From contig NC_087251.1 in NCBI RefSeq assembly GCF_037042905.1, positions 10,168,001 through 10,232,000 on the forward strand: a stretch of 64,000 nt of DNA. The letters run 5' to 3'. This document shows positions 26,131 to 38,936 of the stretch, piece after piece. Position numbers and translations under genes: made by a program. Every line of letters starts with the position of its first letter. The first letter of the stretch is position 1. The DNA comes from Lytechinus pictus (taxonomy: Eukaryota). The notes below the pieces were generated by a model. It was not told the origin of the DNA. It worked only from the letters and a program-made list of their open reading frames with translations, and ran no database searches.

Positions 26131-28699
26131 TTAATGCAAGATTCGAACCCCGTTATGGTGACGTTATTGGTCTGTTCAATCACATAAAGAATCATATCTG
26201 ATTGATTCATGTTTGTAAAAATCAAATTACATTATGGTATAAAAGAAAGGCGAGGCCTGACTTTGCGCAACTTTCGCAGAAGTATTGAAGAATTCGAAGA
26301 TTGCAACATTTTCATTCCAAACCCACCTATTTTTTTTTCGAGAGATGAGAGTTAAAAGAAACGGACCGATCCCAGCTTATGATCCATTCATTCCTGGACT
26401 ATCTACACTGTACTTGAAATATAGGAAATGTCTGCATAGTCATGTACAGTAACATCAAATAAGATCCCAAAACCAACATTACTATTTTTGCAGAGGAAAT
26501 TCAGTTCAATCCAATTCAATGTAATTCAACTAAATCGTGCAAACTAACAGTCGTCTTCTTCAGGTTTTAATCATAAGAAGATAAAAGTTGTGAGATTTAA
26601 ATTAAAAGAATGATATTCCCTGCACCACAATTGCTCAGGTTCTCCACTCCGCCCTAAATTTTAATATCATCATGAACATTAAAGGTTTATATCGGTTATT
26701 ATCTTAGCCTGTCAAACATTCAAGCATCTAAATAAAGACGCAATAAAATATCAGAATTCTAAAATAAGTAGCTGTATAATGATATTTCATGGAGACCACA
26801 TAATCAATATCCAATTTATAATGCATATTAACCGTATGTTTGATAATGTCATTTTACTAGTTGAACTATTCTTCTTTTTCTTTAGCTTAAAGCCTGTATA
26901 AACTATAATGATATAAGTTTTCCATGGGTTTTGCAGTTAAGATACCCATCCACGTTTACCCATACAATTGCAGTCAAACTCCACGGGGTCTCGCTCAATT
27001 ACGAGGGACACCCACAAGGCAGGCCGTGAGCCGATTCACATCCATCCTCATCACGTCTCTACATTTTTACAGGCTTTTTTTATTCTCTCAAAAGATGTCC
27101 TTTAGAGTTCACCAGTGTCTTTCAGAAGAACCTATACACTACCATTTAAGTGTCTTTTTTCAATATGAATATATGAATCTGTATTTATAATCATGATTCC
27201 TATGCATAGGCCTAAATTGTGATTGACGCTTCACTGATTATATTATATACAATAAATCTTTTACGATGGTCAACCATTCTATTTAAGCTTACATCGCCAT
27301 TATTCATACGGTTGAGGCTTAAAAACTTTTATAATAAACAGGAATAATGTCAAATTGGTGCAATGCTACTTTCAAACCAATATTCCTATAAACCTATAAG
27401 CCTTTATGCAATAGATGTATACCTGTGTAATCAGATGCATTATATTCCCGGGTTATATTTAGTACTACCAACCAGGTAACAAGATGTCTGTCTCCTCCCT
27501 TGGTATTATTGTTCTCCTCAGTTATTACAACCTTGCTACTGTTACCGATTAACCATCAAACCAACCAAGTGGGAACAAAAAACTTGAAATGGAGATATGG
27601 AGAAATTAAATCAATCTGAGATATGATCTTCGTGACCCGTGCTTGTACTTCCTTTCGACAAGGGCTCATAAATTACACAAATATAGATTCATAAATTTTT
27701 CCTCTGATCATCTGATAGTCCGTTCATTTTTTTTTTTTTTTTAGGAGACTCGGTATTTTTAGCTAAAAGAATATAGTTGGCTTTGTTCAGAGTGCTATAT
27801 TCTGAATGGTTGAGCATGAAGACTTCCGAATAAAGTGGAAAATCAGGTGATGTGGATCTATTATGATGACTAAACTAAAAAGGATATTCGATAAGAGGCA
27901 TGGAATGATATCTATCGTCGTATTAGAGCAACTTTTCAGTTAGCAAACAGATTGAGTTGAGCGAATCCTTCCCCTCATTAATTACTCTTAGTATTGATAG
28001 GTATACTCTAATTTCCTTTAATAATATAAAATTAAGACGGTTATTAAGTTGTTGATTCCTACTGCATTTCAATGATTGTACCCGTCGAGGCGTTTTCTTT
28101 CCCCTATCTTGTTTAATTTCAATACAATGCCAAAAATGATCATTAAAAAAGCTAAAATCCTATAAAACAAATAAAAAAATATGCAAAATTTGACAAATGA
28201 ATTTGCACATTCCTTTATACAAACAGCACTAGTGTTTATTACATTTCCTTAAAAAACTCCTTTTTAACTAAAAAAAAAAAAAAAAGAACTTCACTTCACA
28301 AATAAACATGGCAACGTTGACTATCGGAAGTTTTTTTTTTAACTTCCTATCCAGTACAGGAGGTCCATCAAGGAACGAACCATTTGTATATATAGCAAGT
28401 AAAAACATAATGACACTTTGTAAAAGTGCTCTCAACCATTATGGTTTTAAAAGGTAAAAGTCTAGCTTCAGATCAAATAATAAATAAATCATTTTTTTTT
28501 TCAAACTAGGGGGTAAAACATACTTTGTTTAAAAAACTCCCTTGGGAAGATTTCCGTGAGAAACACGGGTAATGGGTATTTTTTTTACTAATGCATCGAA
28601 ACTTCCAAGGTTTTAATAGCTACCATCCTAAATGTTTATTCATAATTTGAAGGCAAAATGTTTAGTTGATGTTTTTCAGTATACTCTCCGAATTTTCAA

Positions 28700-30560
28700 T
28701 TTTTTTTTGTATTAAGTAGTTTTTATTGACAACTTCAATTCATACACAAAGTACAATATATATAACAAATAGAAGTTTGATGTCTTTACAAATTGATAAA
28801 TACCTTGACAACTCATAAATTTAACACCATTTTTTCCCTTAATGTTACAATAAAACACAATGTCAGACATCTTCCATTACATAATTGTAAATAACATTGA
28901 TGATGATAATATGCATTAAGAATAAACTTCTACAATAAATTCAACATATTGATTTTTTTTCAAGTGTCAAATATAAACATAAAAAAGTGATTTTCCAAGT
29001 ATACAAAAATCAATCTTTAATAAAACCTAAACGAATTGAAGCCATCAGCATTTTTTTTAACCCCATCGTCTCGGCCTCTTCACTCAAATAAATTCAATCT
29101 CAACAACAAACTCAGCCCTGGACCCTACCCCCCCCCCCCCGACCCTCCCTAAAACACCCCCATCCCCTATCCGGTGGAGAACTGGCTCTGGGCTCAAATT
29201 AATGGTCTAATGTTTAAGTTTTCCCATTTAGAGAAATGGATTGTAAGAGTCCCCCTCTTTGTTGCTAATTTCTTTTCTTCTCTTTGACCCCCCCCCCTAA
29301 TACTATTTTCTATTTAATTCTCGGTTTTTGTAAATAAGGTATTTAACTAAAATCAAGGCATGATTAATTAATTGATATTTACCTTTACTTCTCTCCTGCT
29401 TCCCGAAAAGAGTTTCCTGCCAACTAAATTTATTTATTTCAAAATTTAAACTTCTTGCACACAGATCCCAAAGTGATTTTGAAAATTCACAAGTATAAAA
29501 TAAATGTTCATACGTTTCTCCTTCCTTTTCACAAAATGAGCATAAATTGGTCGAAACAAGACCAAAACGGAAAAGGTGGTGGATAGTGTATATTATATTA
29601 TGCAAGAGTTTATACTGAAACTCCCTTAATCGACTATTTAGTGCGCAATATCTTAGTCTAAAAAATATACTTTCTATTTCCTTATTGGTAAATCATAATT
29701 CGTTCTAATTCTGTCGAAAATAAAAGGTTTAATTTCATTTTTATTCAACAGCTGTTCGTATATTTCTTTTGATTTTAAAAAACATTAAATTAGTTGTTTT
29801 CTTACCCAAATTGAAATCGATTCCAGAGTTATGTTTTGCATTTATTTCGATATTATTCTTCCAACTAACGGGTAAACAGGCATAAATATGCTTGATCTTT
29901 TAAACATCATTTGCATCTAAATTCAAATTAAGAAAATGTCTATCACATTTTAGTTTGCCATTATTATCCAAAATATGATGCAATTTATAAACCTCTTTAT
30001 CGTATAGAATCTTATCAAATATACAACTCCCTTTATATAGAATAAGCTTATTATTAAAAATCACCACTTTCCCAAACTCTGTACTTCTATTTACCCACTC
30101 TTCTAATAAGTCCATGTAAAACTTGGAAGCTGTTACTTTCAATAAACCTGGTATATAGTCACATGAAAATATAAAATCTCCACCCAAATGTTTGGTGGCA
30201 AAATTAAAGTAATGTTTCCATTTCATATCGTCATCTTTATTCAAATGTTTTTTAATCCACATTATTCGCTGTGCCTTTACCTGCACAGGGAAGTTTAACA
30301 TGTTTAATCCCCCTTGCTTATAGTCTAAAAACATTGTTTTCCTATTAATTTTGTCTTTCTTACCTTTCCATAAGAAATCAAAGTTAATTCATCCAATGAT
30401 TCATAAACCCATTAGGAACAGGAGTAAGAGACGCTCGATATAGAGGACTTTAGAATAGATATGCACCTTCAATAGTTGAATCTTCCCCATGAGCGTTATA
30501 TCCCTTAGCTTCCAAAAGTTCAAGAGTGTTTTAATTTTGCTTAAGATTTCTTTTTTTATT
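28700..30560 (-). mobile_element. 5'-truncated, frameshifted L1/Tx1-clade LINE (ORF2 C-terminus, 3' UTR, poly-A)
   Basis: Minus-strand pieces EILSKIKTLLNFWKLRDITLMGKIQLLK, FDFLWKGKKDKINRKTMFLDYKQGGLNM and SRLREFQYKLLHN...CSFCEKEGETYEHLFYTC (CCHC zinc-binding motif). AATAAA (28722-28727) then A9 (28700-28708). Possible TSD TTTTCAAT (28693-28700, 30560-30567), but low complexity. Confidence 0.92.
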
Positions 30561-30647
30561 TTTCAATAAAAGAGGATCTTTAAATCATCCAAACATTAAT
30601 GCGTGGTGTCATTACGTCAATTAAACACAAATATTAAATATTGTATT

Positions 30648-31881
30648 CAGTACCTTGGGTCAAGGCATTGGGGTGGCACCAAAGATTTTCAGTCACTAAG
30701 TGGGCGTGCGAAGCGCGCTCAATAGCCAGGTATACTGACCAAATAGAAACTTAAGGACTGTGCCATTAAACGGATATGTATCTCACTGGTCAAATAATGC
30801 GAACGCGAAGCGCGAACTGATTTTTTTCATATTGAGACCTTCTAAAAGAGACAGTATAAGCTATTTTTTGTAATCATGATACGTACCTGTCTCACTAAAC
30901 CAAAAGTGTGAGTGCGAAGCGCGAGCTGATTTTTTTATATTGACCCCAAACGGACATTCTAAGGACAATTTTTTTAAGGAATTCATGAAGAGTATACATA
31001 TCTCACCTTAGTCATCTAATACGAGTGCCAAGCGGTTGCTGATTTTTTTTTAGAATTACACCTAAAGATATGAAGGACTTTTTGTAGTCATTGTTATTGT
31101 GTTCATACAACACATTTCATTCTTCATCAAACCATCCTTTCATTCTGTCATTTTATCATGCTATTAATTCATGCCTCATTATCTCAACTACTGTTTCCAT
31201 CTCTGTTCATAAGCTCATTATCATCATGTTTCCATCTCCGTTCATAAGCTCACTATCATCATGTTTTCACCCCTAGACCAACAAAAATTGTAGTCATAAA
31301 CATGATACGTATCTCTCTAATCAAATATTACGAGCGCGAAGCGCGTGCTGAGAATTTTTGAAATTCAGGCCAGAAGAGGGGCATTCTGTAAAACTTGTTT
31401 GTAAGAATTCATTAAGACCATAATTATTTCACTAACCAAATGATGCGAGCGCGAAGCGCGAGCTGAAAATTTGTTATATTCAGACTAGAAAAGGGGCAGT
31501 CACTTTAAGTATAACAAGAATCACATGTTACTACATAAAATAATAAAAACTCGAAGTGCGAGGAAAACGGGATGTTTTAGTATTATTCAACCCCCTTGAA
31601 CGGGATTATTTATCGCATTAAACAGACAATACGATCACCTGGAATGATAAACACACTGGCCCTTAGCAAATTATGTTTCATAAAGTTATAAAAAATATTT
31701 CTTATGGAATATAATATATTAAACATAATTTAATATTGCATAATATTTGATATAATATATAATACAATAATTTCTTCTCCCCCACGACTTTTCTCTTTCT
31801 TTCTCCCTCTTTTTCTCCTTTTCCTCGTTTTTTTTTGTGTGTGTGGGGGGGGGGCGCATGCTCCCCGTAGTTACGTCACTG
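30648..31881. mobile_element. Degenerate hAT-like element (CAGTGGCGTA-type ends) with internal ~100-115 bp repeats
   Basis: Left CAGTACCTT (eroded), right TAGTTACGTCACTG. Flanks ATTGTATT / ATTGTAAG (6/8). GCGAAGCGCG motif recurs internally. Confidence 0.65.
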
Positions 31882-32066
31882 ATTGTAAGACTGAAATTAA
31901 TATCACTTATTCAACAGAAAAGGAGGTGTATACATAAAATAACCCTCGTTGAATTTAGTATAGCAATAGCCTTAAAAGTGCAGTATTTCAACGCTCTCTG
32001 TATATTGAAAAAATGATTTAAAAAAAAATGATTAAAAATGTACATTGATTTCATATTTCATTTTCG

Positions 32067-32107
32067 TCACTTGATAAAGAGTTGCAGCGGCACTCGAAAG
32101 CTCGTGA
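32067..32107 (+). ncRNA. Minimal type I hammerhead ribozyme motif, U3-A8 variant (Penelope-like repeat remnant)
   Basis: Stem I TCAC(32067-70)/GTGA(32104-07); core TTGATAA (32071-77) plus one A; stem II GAG-t-TGC-agcg-GCA-CTC; GAAA (32096-99); palindromic AGCT stem III; predicted cleavage after UC (C32103). Activity not shown. Confidence 0.6.
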
Positions 32108-32113
32108 ACTTGT

Positions 32114-32200
32114 AAGCTAGTGAACACTTTTTGCGAGAGGGATCACGAATTTCCTAGAAAGCTAGTGAACAATTTTTGCGAGAGTATTCACGAATTTCCT
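32114..32200. repeat. Two-copy ~45-bp tandem repeat next to the hammerhead
   Basis: AAGCTAGTGAACA(C/A)TTTTTGCGAGAG...TCACGAATTTCCT occurs twice; the unit begins with a copy of the hammerhead 3' end. Confidence 0.85.
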
Positions 32201-35200
32201 TGTTGACCATAGTAGATTGCGAGACAAATTAATACCCTCTAGCGATTATTTCAGTCCGCAATAATGAACCTATTTAGTATGATTTCATATCTATTCAAAT
32301 AATGTTTAATGCTATCAACATATAACTTCTCTACAAACTTAGTTAATTGGGGTTAAATAGTTATCCTTACCTTCCCCACTGGGTGTAACCTTTGTGGTTA
32401 AACTACTTTTGTCACGGTCAAGTTCAGATGGGTCAACATGAGCTTTGTCATTAAAAATAATTGAGTTATTTCTCTCGGAAATATATTATGACGTGTTCTT
32501 TTTAAAATTCGGACGATTCGGATACGAAGGGGTAAAACGATGAGGAGAAAGGGAAAATGAAAATGAAATATACCAAAGTATGTTCCTTTCAAATTAGTTC
32601 TAACAAAATTTTGAATGCAGCTTCAGATATTTAGTGTCTCTTTTCTTTTCCAATTAAGTTAAAGAGAACAAAATGATTGGATCATGTATCCTATTGTCCA
32701 AATCGGAGATTTCATTATGCTGCCTGGTTATTAAAGGTGCATACTTTTGTAGATGTGAAGGTGACATCACAGTATACTATTTGAAGAAGTATATGCAGAT
32801 CGTAATTCATTTTAGACAAAAGTATGTCTAATAACATCGAACATAAAACATTCCATGAAATTCGTTGCAGACTGCAGAACTAACGATAGCGATGTAATCA
32901 GTCCTATACGTTACAGATTTCATGACTTGAAATACATCCAAATCGATTGTTGATAGCAACCAGTCGAACTCTGGATATAGATTCAACTCTTTAAGATTTA
33001 TTGAGTTTTAAAGCAAGAATATATAGGATTTTAATTCAAATCCAGTTTGAGACTAGTTAAAAGCATCCACAGTCGAATTTTGATTATTCAAATCTATACC
33101 AATATACATCTATGCCGTAACACAAACTTTAATAGAAATGGGCACATCCTCATAACTCTCCTTTAGATTTCCATAATTAGGGTAAGGGGGTTAAGTCAAT
33201 GACTTTCTCTTTTCCATCCTTTCCCTCCCTCTTTCTCTGGGCGTTAATTCTTGTGGTCAATCCCGGACAACACACCCTTGTTGACTTCAGGCTTCCTAAA
33301 GAGAATTCAAGAAAAGATTTCCACTGAGCGATTTTTTTTTTCCGGACGTGATTTTAAGAAGTCATTGACACGTGAAATTTCGTTCTTTTTAAGAAACAAA
33401 CTTGCAACCCCATTTATGCAAAGTCAGATATGGTCGTATTTCTTATTTTAGACACTTTTCTACATGGTAACTGACTTCACAATTTAGGGTTATGTTATGT
33501 TCTATGGCTAACAATAATACATAATGCAGAAAGTCATAGATCATATTTTGTTATAATACAGCACAATGGGATAGGTAACAGTTATCTACATCACATTGGA
33601 AACTCAAAGCTACAATTGCTACATAAGACAAAGGGCTGTGCCCGGTTATCATCAGACTAACAAGAATTTTCTAATATAATTATTATAAACACAAATCTCC
33701 TGAAAGCACAATATTTAATTACAGCATTACCTACAGCTGTTCAAATGTAGCTATGGTAACTGCAAATTTAACTGAAGATTTGTCACAATGTGAGATGGAG
33801 GGGGTGGAGGGGTGGGGCATGGGTGGGTGGTAACAACAAGAAAAAAGGGGGAAGTCGGATGCCGGGGAGTATAACCTTATCTCCTTATGCATGTAGCCAC
33901 ATTAAAGTAGAATGGAAAGGCAATCACAGTTTGTTAAACTTCCTGGGCGGAAGGGGGTGACTGAGAGGCCCTACTTTCATCTTGTTATCCCTCCCAAGTC
34001 GATACTAAACGTCAAAGCTTGCTCAGACTTCAGGGATTTTACAGATCACGTGATAGTTCCGCCATTATCAATGTCACATGTCAATGTCAACTCTGATGAC
34101 GGGTCTGTAGGGAGAAGAACTTTCTAAACAATAGAAAAGTTGGTTGCTTGGATTCATCTCCTCATCGACGGCAATCATCTCCGTCCCTCTTTCCTCTCCC
34201 TTTCCAAGTATTTCTGTGCTCAACGTGTTGTCTCTTGAATGTGTGTGTATATATGCAAACATGAACATTCGGGTACCTACTGACAAGATTGATGACACTG
34301 TTCAATTCTGGATTCTCTAGAATCTGGAACCATGCATAGACGAAATGACTAAGCAGTTAACAACATGAACGGGAGAAGAGGAGCTACGAAGGAGGTTCGA
34401 CAATTGTAATAAGCTTGCTACATGGAATAGCGAGATAGCTACAACTCTGAATACTTTTGAGTATTAATTCACATGGATACGCCAAGTGTTTGTGGGGATG
34501 AACTCCATGATTTAAGATTCACTGGTTACAATGACGGTTAGTAATGAAAACGTCTTCACTCCAAACCTGTAAGGATTGATCCTCAGGTGACTTAAGAAAA
34601 CATCCTCACATCTATTCTTCACACCTTAAGCACATATTCTTAGGCGTCGTATGTAAACACGGCTCAGTCATGGCGAGAACTTCACGACGTGTAAGATAAA
34701 ATCAATTAGAGTGAAGAAGTAACTTAAAAGTCTTTTATTTTCGGCTTAAGAAGTTACCAAGAAACTACTCCTCCCCATAACACTACTGAGTTTTCCTTCC
34801 TTTTTATACAAATAAAAATAATTACTTCACACCTAAAAAGTACACTCTATTATCAAGAGTAAACGTAAATACGTTTAAAACGATTAAAGAGTGAGAGTGT
34901 TAACAAATGTATCTCTTACTTTCTTCGTTTAAGTTGGACATGATTACCTCCAGTGTATTGGAACATTTATTTTCAAGTCACAGGTCTTAAGAAGCATGAT
35001 ACTGCATTTCAGTGTTGTGTGCTGAGACTTATGAGATGGATAATGTTAAATAAATGATGTGACTATCTGTTTTAATCATTGTGATATGGCAATTACAAGC
35101 GTAATCCATGCGTCGAAGTGAAATCTCAGCTTTGAATGAAACAGTTAACTGCCATTTGAATGACAGTTAGTCCTGCTCGTCATTTTGTTGATTTGCCGTC

Positions 35201-35507
35201 AGGCTAACGATTAGACGGTATTTAGTCGTTCCACTAAATAATAAAACGACATGTATACAGTTGATTGGCAGTAAGTGGTGGAGTGTATTGAGAGAACAAT
35301 GCATGGATGAACAACACATCACCGAGTTCACTTGAAAAGATCTTAGTTTTTCATCCTTCTGCGTTCGTTGCTCTTTTATCTTCACTAGTTTAACTCCCTC
35401 GAACCCTAAGTTATATATTTATATTACTTGACTATTACTATTGATTATGATGATGATAAAAACAAGACTAGTTATATTTCTACATTCTAGTATTTTTCAT
35501 TTACCAG

Positions 35508-35567
35508 CAGTGGCGTACCTAGGATTTTCCACAGGGGGGGCAAAACCGTCCGCCAAAAAAATTGACA

Positions 35568-35602
<35 letters not shown>

Positions 35603-35729
35603 TCTTCGATCACAAATAAAGGATTTCGTTCCAGAAAAAAATTGACAAGCAAAAAAAAAAAAAAAAAAAACAAAAACAAAAAGGTCTTCGATCATAAATA
35701 AAGGATTTCGTTCCAGAAAAAAATTGACA

Positions 35730-35764
<35 letters not shown>

Positions 35765-35920
35765 TCTTCAAGCTCGTCAGGGGGCATTAAAGGTCTTAAA
35801 GCTCGTCAGGGGGGGCAAAAAAGGTTTTTCAAGTCCGTCAGGGGGGGCAAAGATACGTTTTTGCATGGGTTGTGACTCGTCAGGGGGGGCAGAGTGCCCC
35901 CCCCCGTAGGTACGCTAGTG
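35508..35920. mobile_element. hAT-like non-autonomous element with poly-A-containing internal tandem repeats (413 bp)
   Basis: TIR CAGTGGCGTACCTA versus right-end reverse complement CACTAGCGTACCTA. Perfect 8-bp TSD TTTACCAG (35500-35507, 35921-35928). Internal AAATTGACAAGC(A)nGGTCTTC x3 and AAGCTCGTCAGGGGG-type units. Confidence 0.92.
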
Positions 35921-36527
35921 TTTACCAGTTATTTCACAATTCAAAGCGATTTCCCATTGCTGATCTCACACCATTATTCCAGACGTAAATTACTCTTTCA
36001 ACATACCACAGGTCATACCCCCTCCTGTATTTTCGGTCTTTTCATGTCTCTTGGCTCCCTTGTAGCGCCGCCATAACGAGGTGTTGTATAAAAAATAATG
36101 ATAAACTCATTGAGAAATACGAATAGATCATAAATGACATAATAAAAATCAAACAGTCTCTAAAAAGAGAGGGGCGGGGGGGGGGCGAGAGAAAAAGGAT
36201 TTCTATCATTTTGTGTGTGCATTGTTAAAAATATGTTTTAGTTTGTCTCTTTGATACCACATTATTTTGGTATTAAAATTTAAAGACGCGATTGAGAAAA
36301 ACATAAAAGGATATCTTTCTAAACATGTTTGTAACCCCTCACTATCTGACCCCCTTTCCTTCTCATTATTCTCTAGTTTTTACCTCTTCAAATATTTTCA
36401 CAGAATAGGCTCAAATTCTGACCAGTACTTAAAATTACATAATACGGAAATTCAGTAGTTCTTCGGTTAAAACTGTCATTTTTTTACTTAAAAAAATAAG
36501 GAGAAACACAGAAGAATGAAAGACAGA

Positions 36528-36656
36528 NNNNNNNNNNNNNNNNNNNNNNNNNNNNNNNNNNNNNNNNNNNNNNNNNNNNNNNNNNNNNNNNNNNNNNNNN
36601 NNNNNNNNNNNNNNNNNNNNNNNNNNNNNNNNNNNNNNNNNNNNNNNNNNNNNNNN
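36528..36656. other. Assembly gap (129 N)
   Basis: Run of N. Confidence 1.
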
Positions 36657-38936
36657 GGACTGAATACCCTCATACATATGTGAGAAGACAATTGGACAGT
36701 AATCTTGGAGAATTTGTTACTTTTTGTGGAGTTTGTTTTGGAAGGCTTCTTGCCAATTGTTGTGAAGTTAACCTTCAATAGAGAACGAAAGAGCTTTTTA
36801 TCGTTCTCTCTCTCTTCCTCTTTCTCTTTCTCTCTCATCTTTTTTTCTTCGAGCTTCCAGTCAGTTGATCCTGTTTACAGCCAGCTATAGCTTTTCGACA
36901 CAAGCTACTCAGCCCCAATCCTCGCCCAAAGCATCCCTAATTTCTTCTCAGACCCATCATTTTTCTCAGGGGTATGACAGGCTACGAATGCGAATGCCCT
37001 AGAAATGTCATGGCCCCATATCTTCTGTCCTCTATTTAGTTCAATATTACATCATAGCAATTAATAATCAATTAATCACACGATATACCTTACATGAGGT
37101 TGTTCAAGATGAATGTGTTTATACAAACAAAAACATTAACATTTGTTTAGGCGGATATTCTTTGGAAGAGGTGAATAATCATACAAATTGACGAGGTTTT
37201 AACATGTAGTTACATAGTCAAAGTGATTGCACTTTTTTTCCCGATTGATTGCAAGCAAACGTCTCAAAAATGATTTTTGCCATTTAACCTCGCAGAATTC
37301 TTACGTACCTGTGAGTGAAAGCCTGCATATTGATTATTTTAAGCCTACATTTAGTGCATAATTACACAAGTATAATTATTGAAGAACTTTTTAAACACAT
37401 GGTACTATAAAAGGTGGAGTTACTGACGTCATAAAGCGGAGGAAATAAAGTAAGAGGAAATGGCTTCGACGTTGCATGAAATAATGATTCTTTCTAGTTC
37501 ACTTGTTTCTTTCTTTCCATGCATTTTTTGTTTTCTTCTGTTTTATTCTTAAACTCGTCGTTTGTCGGACTTCCAACGGATGGATATTCAGATTCCTGAT
37601 TTGAGCATGCGACTGTGACCACTGGTCGGAGCTCTAGAATGAGAACAAGAAAACAACGGGACAAAAATAAATATCACGTTGTAAGATTTCGTTTGGGAAG
37701 ACATTATTTGATACAATACCAGTTCTTGGTGTCGGGAAGCCCTTTGGAGAAAGCCAATCGGAACTTGTTGATTCTAACAAGCGATTCTTCATCACGCTTA
37801 ATGTTTGTCCATCCTTTCTTCTTTGATTGCAAGTGACAAGAACTGTAAACAACTTTTGTTAAAAGGGGACATAAATATTTCACCTCATTTATCTGGATTC
37901 GACTTCAAGAAGCAATATGAATGTTAAATATGACTCTTCTTGCGATCATTAATAACATCAAAGATTACACCAATACATCTATGGAATGTTAATTTTCTTG
38001 TAAACACATTTTTCACAAAAATGTCGTTTGAAGTAATAGATGGTGACTTATTTTATAATAATATTGGGCTATATGATAAAGCCTTACAAAAATATCAAAC
38101 CAAAAGGGTTATTTAAGGCAGGTTTTGTAGTTTAATAGGTGTGTTTATGTTTCAAATTACTTTAAAATGTATATTTTCTAAAACATTTGCAAGACATGCA
38201 GACATAATATAGATACTCGCAGTTTGTCTCCTTTGACTTGTGTTTCGTTTAATTTTCATTGTCAAAATGAAATATGACTTCTCTAATAGGAAGATCATAA
38301 CTTGATACAGCAGAAAGAATGAATCATATCAACGTTTAAAGTGTTAAACTCCGAATAATGTACATTGGTAAATATCAGTCGGTATGTCAACATCTTCACA
38401 AGATTACACGTATGTCAATACAGTGTAAAACCGGATGAAGGTTTTAAAATAAATTTTAAGTTTTTATGATTTACCAGACTGCTAAGAAATCCAATTTTTG
38501 GCATGTTATTTGACATGTTATTATTCTGGCTAAGCAGCCAGGGGACCTGCGCCTTTAAGTCTTTTCCACGAGACTTGTCCAAGGGACTTGCCGAATTAGC
38601 GCGAGCTTGTTGACTTGGTAATTAAACTGGGATAATGTGGTGTAATAAACAATGGTTCGGCCACAGTTCTAGGTGAATGTTAGCATTTTAATATCATCTC
38701 TATCATCGAACTATATAAGTTATAAGAATGTTATTCTCCACGCAAATAATTACGAAGATGTTATATACTCACACACTGTGGTCCTCATTCACAAATCATG
38801 AATAATGACACACACTACCATTTTCTAGAAGCACTTGCTCGCTCATTAGTCAATTAATAGCATTTTTAAGAGGTACATTATAACACGATCGAAATAAATG
38901 ATATAATTGTACGTATATTCTTTGCCGTATATCCTC

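Noticed and set aside
35441-35909. Poly-Lys/poly-Phe ORFs
   Set aside because: Translations of A-tracts inside a hAT-like element.
36435-36838. ORFs spanning the N run
   Set aside because: Artefacts of the assembly gap.
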